This document shows, one piece after another, positions 1 to 14,265 of a stretch of DNA of 39,695 nucleotides. Source of the stretch: Albugo candida (Eukaryota); NCBI GenBank assembly GCA_040437565.1, contig JBDOQK010000027.1:372001-411695 (forward strand), in the 5' to 3' direction. The notes below the pieces were generated by a model. The model saw nothing but the letters and a program-made list of their open reading frames with translations. It searched no databases and was not told the DNA's origin. The position numbers and the translations under genes were made by a program. The first letter of the stretch is position 1; each line of letters starts with the position of its first letter.

Positions 1-2501
1 GTGCGTGTTGCTTCCACATGGAAAACAAGTACCAGAGCCGGGTTTTGAATACGTATTGGCTGGACAAATAGCACAATTGGAACGGCTCAAAGAATCAGAG
101 TATGTTCCGGCAGGACAAAGACGACACTGAGAAATTGAAGTCGTTTCATCGCGGTACGATTCTGTACCTGTTGGACAAGCAGTGCATGCCATGGCACCAC
201 CTTCTTGAGTCCCATAAAAGCCGAAATACAAGAATTTAGCTTTGACGCTTTTAACTGCTTCATTAGAAAGACCGTATAGAATGAAACTGATCTCCACTTC
301 GGTGCTCTCTGACGCATAAATTGGTATGAATTCAGTGAAAACGCCATTTTCATGCCCATGCTCAAATGCAAAGCTCATTGCGGTGAGCGGCTTCGTTCCA
401 GTTGATTCTATAGCTTTTTTCGAACCATCAGTAAAGTTTGTAGTCGAAATCGTGCTTTTCTCGATCGTCTTCTTATACTTCAGCGTGATTTCCGCTTCCA
501 GCCAGACCGTTTTCTCCTCTCCTGTCGGTATGTTTTGTAATTCATAAGTGACATTAACCTGACCAGGATACGTGAACTGTGCGCTTGCCCGAAGCTCGAA
601 TCGAACTCGCGCATCGCTTTTAAATGTCTTGATTTTTTTGGCAGTAGGAACCAACAATAATCCATCTTTGGTCAGTTTCCATCCATTTTGAATAGCAAAA
701 TTCTGATCGATAATTGTGGGCCACTCGCTCCATGCGCCGAATGTGCCTGACCCAAATTCTTGTTGATGAACCACAACTCGTCCATTGTCACAATTTTGGC
801 ACGACAAAACTCCTTTTTGATCCATGCTCAGATATTTTCCAGCCTCGCACGTTTCGCAAATATCCTTTTTCGAGTAATAGTATCCTGAATTGCAAGATGT
901 GCAAGTCAGATCTTTGACTGGCGGTGGTAGGGAAATGGATTCGGTCAACTCCGGTTTGCATGTTGCGGGTTCGCTCCATTTATATGTGATAGTGTGGGTT
1001 CCTTGCGAGCAGTTTGAGAATGACTCCACCAAATCTTCTGTCGTGCAGGCATTCAATCGAATGCAGGAAGTATTCCCAATCGACCCTTTTGGAGCAACTG
1101 TGTTTTCCGGGCACGAATAACACTTGAAGTCTAGCTCACTTTCCGAAATCGGAGCAGCATACTCATTTTCCTTGCAAAATGCACAGATTGTGCCACCACT
1201 CATTGTGACTCCAGAGCTGCATGGGTGACAACTAACGTCAGAGTATGAAGTTCCCACAAGCTCGATCACCTTGATATCAGCTTTATCGGCTCCCACATCA
1301 TTCGCAAAATCTTTGGTGTATTCCCATGTGAACGTATGTGATCCAGCAGCGACATCGTGAGTGACTTCAACCCATCCATTTGTCTCTGAGACAAGCTTGC
1401 CTTGGCTAGTGTCATCAATCACAAATACGAGTCCATCATAAGGCTTCTCTGCATCGACCCGATATTGAAATGTGATGGATCCATTCCGCACGTATGTCGC
1501 TGTAATTCGAAGCGTTGAAAACAATCTCGAAGCTCCATACGTTTCGAGAACTTCACTGTTGTTCCCCGATGATATCATCGTTCCATCTTCGGATGGCTGC
1601 CAAGCTTTACAACTGTGCTCCCAATCACCCGAAAAGAACGAGCGGAACGAGCACTCGGTNNNNNNNNNNNNNNNNNNNNNNNNNNNNNNNNNNNNNNNNN
1701 NNNNNNNNNNNNNNNNNNNNNNNNNNNNNNNNNNNNNNNNNNNNNNNNNNNNNNNNNNNTGTCATCAATCACAAATACGAGTCCATCATAAGGCTTCTCT
1801 GCATCGACCCGATATTGAAATGTGATGGATCCATTCCGCACGTATGTCGCTGTAATTCGAAGCGTTGAAAACAATCTCGAAGCTCCATACGTTTCGAGAA
1901 CTTCACTGTTGTTCCCCGATGATATCATCGTTCCATCTTCGGATGGCTGCCAAGCTTTACAACTGTGCTCCCAATCACCCGAAAAGAACGAGCGGAACGA
2001 GCACTCGGTTGTGACTTGTATCGGAAGTGGGTCTCGCCATGCGTTTGTCGCTTTAGAATACAATATCCCGCCGCCCAGAGAGTATTTCCCTTCTTCGCAT
2101 TTGATGCATTCGGACGATGGTTTGTCACTTGAAGTGCTGCAAACAGTCGATCAAATATTTAAAAAGGAAACTCATTGCCGCAACTTACTTGACGTCCAGG
2201 AAATACCCTTTTTCACACGTAACATCGCAGCGAAGATTATGAATCGGTGCTAATGAAAGGAATTCGTCAGATTACAAATTATGGAAATATGTGTATGTGC
2301 AGGAGGCTTACGTTTGTACAGCACCGACGCCGCCGTAGCAGCGCTACAGTTGAGGGCTTCGTCGGTGTAAAAATAAAGCGATCGTTCATTGTTCACGCAC
2401 TCACTGTAGGCATACTTTACCACTGGCGTGGTGGTCGCTTGCGAAGAGATCGCCACGACAGCCAAAGCGCCGATGTTAATTAAAGCGGTCTGCATGTACA
2501 T
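1..2501 (-). CDS. KIAA1324/ELAPOR (UPF0577)-like secreted or membrane Cys-rich protein; 3' end beyond left edge of window
   Basis: Signal-like N-terminus MYMQTALINIGALAVVAISSQA. Splicing two short GT-AG introns (first one 2311-2250) gives YSECVNNER..PIHNLRCDVTCEKGYFLDV..CIKCEEGKYSLGGG, then VRNGSITFQYRVDAE..DGLVFVID..GSHTFTWEYTK..IKVIELVGTSY..CHPC and further CxxCPAGTYS repeats. This is the motif order of the KIAA1324 family. The frame stays open to position 1 once the 1410-1659/1760-2009 gap duplication is collapsed. Confidence 0.85.
1410..2009. repeat. Gap-flanking direct duplication (1410-1659 = 1760-2009), assembly artefact
   Basis: 250 bp repeated either side of a 100-N gap; collapsing it restores the ELAPOR-like frame. 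Confidence 0.93.
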
Positions 2502-2727
2502 GAGATAAACGATGCTATCAATTCTTCTCCCTCAATATATGTGGTAGCCGGAATTTTACAGAATAATGTTTACAAGGGAGGTAGCAGAGTATCGAATCGA
2601 AAGGGTAAATGACAATTACAAACACGTGGACATGTATACATAGTCAGCAAATAGCGTATAATCACTGCGAATGCGTAATGCTTTGCGCTTTTGTATGTAT
2701 TTATAAGCTTTCTTATGTGGCAGCTTA

Positions 2728-6293
<3,566 letters not shown>

Positions 6294-6429
6294 GACGTCT
6301 CCTGCGGCGAACGGATGGCGTTGATTCGTTAGTTATCAGAACATGCAGAAAATGTCGTATATTATTGGTTTAAAATGCAACAGTCTTCTTCTTCGCGATG
6401 ATCGAATTTTCCTTTGCATCGATCTGTTC

Positions 6430-6742
6430 TTATTTGGTAGCAGCAATATATAAAACTTGAAGACAAAGAAACATCAGTACCACATTTGCGATTGTTTCAC
6501 AGCAGTAGAGTAGAAATACCATTATTTCCACGAATAAAACAATCTCCATACTGTGCTTTCAGCTGACCATTAATGTACTCTTGCGTCTGTTCCATCGCTA
6601 TATTCATAAATCCATCCAAACACGCAAGCACGCCACGGTACTCTGATCCGTTGTTCAGCTTTACATCAACGGGACGACCGAGGACATTCTTCAAGAAATC
6701 AGACGGTGTCTTCTTTTCCGAGTTCCCTTCACTGTTTTCCAT
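6430..6742 (-). CDS. LSM6: U6 snRNA-associated Sm-like protein LSm6 (82 aa, 2 exons)
   Basis: TPSDFLKNVLGRPVDVKLNNGSEYRGVLACLDGFMNIAMEQTQEYINGQLKAQYGDCFIRGNN. Intron 6519-6456 (GT..AG) joins to VLYIAATK*, completing the Sm2 motif IRGNNVLYI. Confidence 0.95.
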
Positions 6743-6805
6743 TATATAAACGGAATCGATTCGCAGTAACTTAACACAGTCACATGTTATAAACCATCTA
6801 ACGCA
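6743..6805. promoter_or_regulatory. 63-bp divergent intergenic region (putative bidirectional promoter) between LSM6 and the DDX42-like gene
   Basis: ATGs at 6742 (-) and 6806 (+) are head-to-head. An AT-rich TTATA(T)AAAC-like word lies next to each start. Confidence 0.55.
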
Positions 6806-9055
6806 ATGAGCCTCGACGAAGCTTATCTTCTTGCTAAACGGCGAAAAGCGCGTGGTATTCCATCATACTTCGATGAGGATGAGGAAGAAGATCTACTGGA
6901 CAACACAGAAGACTCGTATAAAGATGAAAAGGAACAAAACGACGAAGTAGACCCACTGGATGCATTCATGGTCGACATTGATGCTCAGGTCACACAGCAA
7001 GCGAACACAATTTCATCCATCGCAAAGGTACATACGGCGACAAAGAATAGTGATATTACTTCGAAATCTGACTTTTGTATCCTTTACATAGCCTCAGGTT
7101 TTGGATGAGGAAGAAAAAGAGCATGAAAACTACGTCGTAGAAGCGTATCATGTAAGCGAGTAGATGGAGTCCATCATTGGAATTATTGTGATATCGTTCG
7201 AATTGTACAGAATAGAGAAAAAATGCATTATCACGACGATAAGCAAGCACAAGACTCGGATGAAGAAGTGTATGCTGCTGCCAAGGCCATCGACAGCAAA
7301 AGCACAGCCTTCGAAGAAGATATCAGCAATTTCAGACTACAAATGGAAGTCTTGCAGGCGTTAGATCATACGAAAATTGAATATGAATCTTTTGAGAAAA
7401 GCTTTTACACACCGGCTGATGAAGTCGCCTCCATGTCGATACAACAAGTGAAAACGCTACGAAATGAGCTACAACTCCAAGTAGAGGGAGACCAAGTACC
7501 AAATCCGATTCAATCCTTCATGCAGCTCAAGCTTGATCGAAAAATGCTCAATTTGTTGATGAAATTGGGACTTGAAGCACCTACAGCTATCCAGGCACAA
7601 ACGTTTCCAGTCGCGTTATCTGGTCGTGATATGATTGGAATTGCTAAAACCGGATCAGGGAAAACGCTGGCTTTCACGATACCAATGATATGGCATGTTA
7701 TGGATCAAAGAGAGCTGTCGAAAGGCGAAGGACCGATTGCAATTGTCATTTCTCCAACACGAGAACTCGCTCATCAGATTTATACACAAGTGAAAATGTT
7801 TACCAAACTCTATGGTGCTGAATGTGTTGCAGTGTATGGTGGCGTAGGCAAGTGGGAGCAAGTACAAGCTCTACGCAAAGGCGCCGAAGTACTGATTGCG
7901 ACCCCCGGACGTCTGATTGAGTTGATACGGAAAAAGACAATTCGAACGAATCGTGTGACATTCGTCGTACTTGATGAAGCAGATCGAATGTTTGAATTAG
8001 GCTTCGAGTCCCAGCTCCGCAGCATGCTAGGCCAACTTCGACCAGATCGACAAAGCCTGTTATTCTCTGCCACTTTCCGTCCTCGAATTGAGCAATTGGC
8101 ACGTGCGATTTTGACCAAACCGATCAAAGTCACTGTTGGAAAAGCTGGACAAGCGAATGAAGTGATCTCACAGATTCCAATTGTTTTGTTGAATCATGGG
8201 AAAAAATGGGAATGGCTGATGAAACATCTCGAAGGAATCGTTGCTCAAGGCCGAGTTTTGATATTTGCCAACAGTAAAGTCGGCTGTGAGGAACTGAGTA
8301 AGAATTTGGACGCAATGCACTATCGATGTTGTCTTCTGCACGGAGACAAAAGTCAATACGACCGATCAAGCGCGTTGGCCGATTTTAAAAGCGGAAAGTG
8401 TTCCGTAATGGTCGCAACGGATGTGGCTGCGCGTGGACTCGACATTCGGGACGTGAAAACAGTGGTCAACTACGACGTGGCCAAAAACATTGATATTCAT
8501 GTGCATCGAATTGGCCGAACTGGTCGCATGGGAGTGGATGGGTTCGAGCCTGGCGTTGCATACACATTGATTACGCACAAAGAAATGCAGTTTGCGGGAC
8601 AATTAGTTTGTAATATGGATACTGCAGGTCAGCCAGTGTCGGCTGAATTGCTCGCCATCGCTGAGCGTGATCCAGGCTTTAACAGAGGGAAAAGGAAGCG
8701 TTTACCTTCTTCAGAGAGATCGAGGTGTCATGAAGATGACGGCGACGGCGACGGTGAAGATCGACAAGAAATGGAGCGGTGGACAGCAAATCGACGCAAG
8801 ACTGTGGCTGACAGACGTAAAGGTCTTGGTTTTCATTCTGCAGGAGGCAATGGCAACAGCTCTTCCTCACGTCCTGGTTTGCTGTACTCTTCATTTGTCA
8901 AAGCATCCACTACAGCCACTCTACGAGCTGCAGGCGACGAGTCAACAGGAAGCAACGAGACAGCGCACAAATCAAATGGCTCCCAGCAAAGTGAGTTGAA
9001 TAAACGATCGACAGACAATGCAAAGCCCACCTCACGACGCTCTAGATTCTGCTAA
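6806..9055 (+). CDS. DDX42: DEAD-box RNA helicase, DDX42/SF3b125-like (~708 aa, 3 exons)
   Basis: N-terminal EVDPLDAFM and DSDEEVYAAAKAID, typical of DDX42/plant RH24. Motifs PTAIQAQ, AKTGSGKT, PTRELA, TPGRL, DEAD, SAT, ARGLD and HRIGRTGR. Exons 6806-7027, 7092-7151 and 7211-9055 have GT-AG introns and are in frame. Confidence 0.88.
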
Positions 9056-9305
9056 GGCGGTGAGATGCTTTCTAATAAAAAGGTCAGAAGCCGACCTCGT
9101 CACTTCAGCCCGGCCTTCAGGTCGCTCTAACGGTAAAAGTCTTCGACGTTCGTAGCACTGATAACTCCATTACATATCAAATCATCGGCGTTCTTGAACC
9201 ATTTTTTGTCTGCTTCTTCGATCAGGTTGCACTGAACACATATGTCTTATATTGCATTTATTACAACAATGCAGACATTTACAGCTTGACCATACAACAT
9301 TGACT

Positions 9306-11903
9306 CTACGTGGTCTGATCATCGTCATCGTGATCGATCGTTGCTTCACGCGTTTCCACGACTAGATCATCTGTGTCAATGGAGTCGGAGTGCCCATCTT
9401 CAAGGCATACTTCCTGCGGAATCTCCCTCTCAACGTCTTCTACATCTACGTCGTTGTTTGCCATATCTTCGACCTCGTGGACACTACTGTCATCGTCGCT
9501 AATCTCAGTTGGAATTGGTATATTGTACATCTCGGGCTGGAACTGATCAAAAGCGGCCGAAAAGGTTGCATTATGCTCAAATCTTGCCCAATGATCCGTA
9601 TCACTTGGAGCCGCCCATTCTGTCGCGTCGTTATGCACCGCCGAAGAAGTTTGAAGGTTCGAATTGGCGCTTTGTGCTGCGTAATTTGTAAAGCAATGGT
9701 CGTCTTCATCTTCATCGCTGCTACTGCTGTCGTCCACAGACGGAGGTATTATCAATGTCGCGCTTGTTCCGTTATAATCGTACTCATTCTCGAGTGTAGT
9801 GGAACCCGGTATGTACTCAGCCTGCCCGAGCATTTCCGTGAATTCCTCGTTCAGACAGTCTTGATGAAATTCCTCTAAAGCATTCAGCCCTTGTCCAATG
9901 AAAGCAACACCACCACCTAACGGATGGCGATCCTGCTCAATCTTTGCAAGAAGATGTTCTTGCACGAACGCATCCCATCTTACCCAAGAATCCTGGTCTT
10001 CTTTGAGCATCTCTAAAATGACTTGAGCACGAGATCTTTCTTTCTCCTCGGCACACTCATCCTCGCTCTCATATGTCAGTGATACGATGACCTGGCAGAT
10101 GCGAGTTAGATGTCCCATGTAGCCGAAGGAAAACACACGAGTTTTATCCTCCAAGTGTCTCTGATTCTGTTCAAATGCTTCCAGCACACGTGGTAAAAGC
10201 CGAGCGTCCTTAATGAGAGAAGAGAGTAATTCTGTACTGGCGCTTTCCAATATACCAACGACGATGCTTTCTACTTCTGCGTGTAAGAAAGTCACAGACT
10301 CGAACTGGAAAAATAGATCTAAACAAGTCCCAGCTACATTCTGGACGTCCAATTAGTCATTTTCAACGGAATGTAAGGGCAAAGCATTGTATACCTCTCG
10401 AGATAGGGCAGCATCAACTTGATAATACTTTGAGTGCAGCAAATACACAATCAAATTCACTAGTTTGATTCTGTGGAGTCCAAGTCGAGGAACCAGTTGA
10501 TGTTGTTGGTTCCATACAAAACCTGCGTCAAAGTGCTCGCCACGTAATGTGGCTGTGATATGAGATAAACGAGATAACGTCAATGTGACTACGGCAGGTG
10601 AGTCGTCTGTGGCAATATACTGCGAGTTGGCATGACGCGATAGTAATACATCGAGAACTGAGAGTGCTGCTGTCACTGCAGAGCCCGCAGATTTCGAGAT
10701 AGGCTTCTCTGGTATCGCGATATCAACAATTCGCTCGACTATTTCCTTGCATTCGAGGTACTTGAGCAAAATACTCTGAGCCTGTCTAGATTCAGCTGCA
10801 GTTGGTGATGACGCCGGATTCTGCTCTATACGTCTATCGCAATGGATGATGTCGATCATGATATCTGAAGTATGTTTATGCATGTCACTGATGATTGCTT
10901 CTTCACCTTCTTCTGCTACCATCAGATTTGTTACCAGTAAATCAATAACGTGTGTATCTTGATGCCAAACAAGAGTCTTTGACATCGATGAAGATGCCGC
11001 AACGCCGCCTTTATCGTCTTCGATTCCTTCCCACGGATCTCGAGGTCCCGCCATTGACATTCCAGCAAACTCCATTGCATCTTCCATCAATTCTACCAAC
11101 AAAATATTCGGTCAGATTTCGATCAGCTGGTAATACAGTATCGGTAACGTTACCCATAGGGTAAGGCTGCAGCATTCGTTTGAAAAGCTCTGCAATAGAA
11201 AAGCACCCTACATGCTGATTGAAAGCATGTAGTAGCTTGTCAGCATTGTTGTTGATGTAATCTGTCATCTTCTGCGATTTACGTGCCATTAATATGGTAG
11301 TCACCTACACAAGTACGACTGTTATTGATCTCTCCGCGCTGATTGCCCTTATGAACGCCCACTTTTTCAAAGTATCCGGCCAGACGTGCATCTAACGCTC
11401 CTGGAGGGTCCAGGAAGCTGAAAAGGGATTCAATGAGTTGATCATCTCCAGTTGTGACAATTGTCGTTAAAATGGATTCGACATCGCAACAAATTACTTC
11501 GCAGCTCATGTATGGATACTTGAAAGTACGCAGAACATCACTTGAATCACTCGGACTTGTTGAAATGTATTTTATCATTTCACGAACAGACTCCTCACGC
11601 GAAAGACTAACAAAAACCAAGTCTTAATGCGTTTGTGAGCTCTGACTTTGTGTGAACATTACAAATCGATGAGAAGCTGATTTCGCGCTTTGACCTCTTG
11701 CAGTAAATCGTCTTCCTGGAGCACTTGTTGCAATGTGAATTCTTCTCTCTCCAAAAGCTCATTAAGAGGACTAAAGCGTACGAACGTCACAAAGCGATCA
11801 TTAACGATAGAAGCAGATGAGTAGAGTACCTCGACACGTCAAATAATGAGTTTGCATTCGACCAAACGCTCATATCATCAGAAAGCGCTGCGAAAAAAGA
11901 CAT
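9306..11903 (-). CDS. SIT4-associated protein / PP6 regulatory subunit (SAPS domain), ~6 exons
   Basis: Spliced N-terminus MSFFAALSDD..SPLNELLEREEFTLQQVLQEDDLLQEVKARNQLLIDF; FKYPYMSCEVICC; LAGYFEKV; RLGLHRIKLVNLI; CLDLFFQFE..FLHAEVE; GYMGHLTRIC; acidic low-complexity C-terminus. All are hallmarks of the SAPS/PPP6R family. Confidence 0.9.
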
Positions 11904-12248
11904 TTTATAGTGTGTAGTTGAGCTGCTTGCAATAGCACTTTGTCAGTCAAAATCTTCGCTTCTCAAGTGACTGGCAGTGCAGCTAGCTTGATTATCGAGA
12001 AATTAACAATGATATGAATGGATGTAGCAAAATTTAGTATCGAATCTTCAAAACTCAATACGATTCAGGCGCTGTAGCGACAAGATGCAACCGATAATCG
12101 CTTTGGTTTCCTTCTTTGTTGTCTGGACGATACAAAGGAATGCGGTGAAGTGGGTCACACTCAACTCGGTTGATGGTGTAGACTTTGCACATCAACTTTG
12201 TGATGTAAAAACACTATTATTTACCGCTTTCTGCCAACCGAATCATTT

Positions 12249-12803
12249 ATGTCGCTTTCACTCGATCAGTCAGATACGGCAACATATCTGCGCTTTGTGG
12301 CACGTTTTTGCGGTGTAAGCACTAATTCTGCATCATTCGGACCGATTCGTCTTCGTTTGGGGAAAACAGAGACATTTGAATGCAATACAATCATTCGATT
12401 TTTCGCTCGGCAGTCGGAGCGAGAGGCTGAATTGTACGGAAAAGATGCTCTGGAGAAAGCGAGCACGTCCATGTGGCTGGAGAGATCATACAGATTGAAT
12501 AGTGCAACGGAGAAAGAGATCAATGAATTCTTGGAAGAGCTTGATGCATTGCTGGCGTGTAGAACATATTTTGTCGCCGATCGAGTCACACTTGCAGATG
12601 CAGTACTGTTCTATGCCTTGTACCCTCTTGTCAAGAAATACTGTGCTGGAGAAAACAGAAAAGGTAACATTAAAGAAATGGAGGAAAGATATCTGCACAT
12701 CATTCGCTGGTTTGATCAGATCCAGCACACGGTCGGTGTTCAGGGCTTTGCATCTAGAGAAGTCATACAATTCAAGCACAAAGCTATTTCATCGCTAATG
12801 TAG
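12249..12803 (+). CDS. Stand-alone GST C-terminal-like protein, AIMP3/EEF1E1 (p18)/Arc1p-N-like
   Basis: 184 aa with LYGKDALEKASTSMWLE..LEELDALLACRTYFVADRVTLADAVLFYALY..YLHIIRWFDQIQH, matching the AIMP3/Arc1p-N GST-C signature (TLAD..L..RWFxxIQH). Confidence 0.8.
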   Translation: MSLSLDQSDTATYLRFVARFCGVSTNSASFGPIRLRLGKTETFECNTIIRFFARQSEREAELYGKDALEKASTSMWLERSYRLNSATEKEINEFLEELDALLACRTYFVADRVTLADAVLFYALYPLVKKYCAGENRKGNIKEMEERYLHIIRWFDQIQHTVGVQGFASREVIQFKHKAISSLM

Positions 12804-12919
12804 TCAAATAATACATCTGCTATACTCTTTCCAGTCATGTCTCCATGTACCTAACTCTCTGCTGATACATGAATTCCTAAATTGAGAACCGTTTCGGTAT
12901 CAAAGGGCACGTGGAGGTA

Positions 12920-14176
12920 ATGGCTCAATTTGATCTAGGAAGCGAGCATTTACCCAATTCATTGCACAATGCACACGAGAAAAGTACTTGCGATGCCTCT
13001 AACGATCCCGTTTCTTGTTTGAAACAGATATTGCTCCGCTGGTCCTTCCCAAAGTTCAATGGAACTGGTCCCTCTTCTCGAGGTGGACACTCCGCTGTCT
13101 TAATTGACGAATTTCTTCTACTTTTTGGAGGGCAGTATCTCGGTCCAAATGGAAAGTTTGTGTATTTGAACGACTTGCATTGTTTAAACTTGACGATATC
13201 GACATGGGAGGCATCAAACGGTCTCAATATTCCGAACGCGCCAGCACCGCGCTACTTCCACTCTGCAACAGTGATGTTCTCTGCTAAATCACAACGTCCG
13301 ACAATGTATCTTTTCGGTGGAAAAGGTGAAGGTAACACTATCCATCGCGACATGTTTTCGTTCGATTTAATTGAACGTAAGTGGACTGAAGTGCAATGGA
13401 CAGGACAGACCCCAAAGGCTCGATTCGGACACAGTGCGTGTGGCATCAAGGATTCCTCCAAGCTATTGATATTTGGTGGCTGGGATGGTAAATTCTCAAT
13501 GAATGACGCATGGATTTTTGACACAGTCCATTTAGTGTGGACGTATGTCGAAGCGAGTGGACCGATTCCAAGCCCACGGCAGAATCACTCGATGATTGCT
13601 GTTCAAAGCACACGCACACTATTACTATTTGGTGGATACACCGTCACGGGAGAAGATCTACCAGCCTTTAATCGTGATGTCTACACTCTCGACACTGATA
13701 CAAATACTTGGTCACGACCTCGACTAACTGGTGAGCCTCCGATTGGAACTTTTGGCCAAACAATTTGTTGTATCGGCGACTATGTCATAACTGTAGGCGG
13801 ATGGTACGGCATGGATGACTGTGCTCTATTTACTGGCGATCGACAGGTCAGAGAAATTAAAAAAAATATCAAAATGGACGATGAGGCAATGAACAGATTG
13901 AAACGATCACAAGAAGGTTCAAATGAAAGCGCATCTGACGATGGTCTATCTCACAAAAGACGATTAGAATTGACGCTACGTCAAAAGTGTGATAATGTCC
14001 GCGCACTGAACATTCCTGCGATGCGATGGCAGCGGGTTACGAGTCGAGGAAAAGCAGTCGGTAATCGATACGGACACTCATGTACAGTTGTAGGACCTCA
14101 TCTCTTCTTCTTTGGAGGATGGGATGGAGCATTTGCATTGAATCAGCTCGTTGTTGCCGAACTTGAATTCAAGTGA
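12920..14176 (+). CDS. Kelch-repeat beta-propeller protein
   Basis: Repeated PxxRxGHS/A...LLLFGG...NDxxxxD...W units (PSSRGGHSA, PAPRYFHSA, PKARFGHSA, PSPRQNHSM, GNRYGHSC; GGWDG twice). First ATG at 12920; intronless. Confidence 0.9.
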   Translation: MAQFDLGSEHLPNSLHNAHEKSTCDASNDPVSCLKQILLRWSFPKFNGTGPSSRGGHSAVLIDEFLLLFGGQYLGPNGKFVYLNDLHCLNLTISTWEASNGLNIPNAPAPRYFHSATVMFSAKSQRPTMYLFGGKGEGNTIHRDMFSFDLIERKWTEVQWTGQTPKARFGHSACGIKDSSKLLIFGGWDGKFSMNDAWIFDTVHLVWTYVEASGPIPSPRQNHSMIAVQSTRTLLLFGGYTVTGEDLPAFNRDVYTLDTDTNTWSRPRLTGEPPIGTFGQTICCIGDYVITVGGWYGMDDCALFTGDRQVREIKKNIKMDDEAMNRLKRSQEGSNESASDDGLSHKRRLELTLRQKCDNVRALNIPAMRWQRVTSRGKAVGNRYGHSCTVVGPHLFFFGGWDGAFALNQLVVAELEFK

Positions 14177-14265
14177 TAGAATCAAACTGTAGCACTGCAC
14201 GCCACAGCTATTACAGCGTTGTTCTTTTAGTCTCTTGCTTACATTCAGACGATAAACGCTACCAA

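Noticed and set aside
9056-9305. Short open stretches between the DDX42 and SAPS stops, suggesting extra exons or overlapping coding
   Set aside because: Both genes already have plausible stops, and there is no recognisable motif or convincing in-frame splice path.
12053-12318. Small ORFs between SAPS and AIMP3 (77 aa on plus, ~45 aa on minus)
   Set aside because: No homology signal, they overlap likely promoter/UTR sequence, and they cannot be spliced in frame to SAPS.
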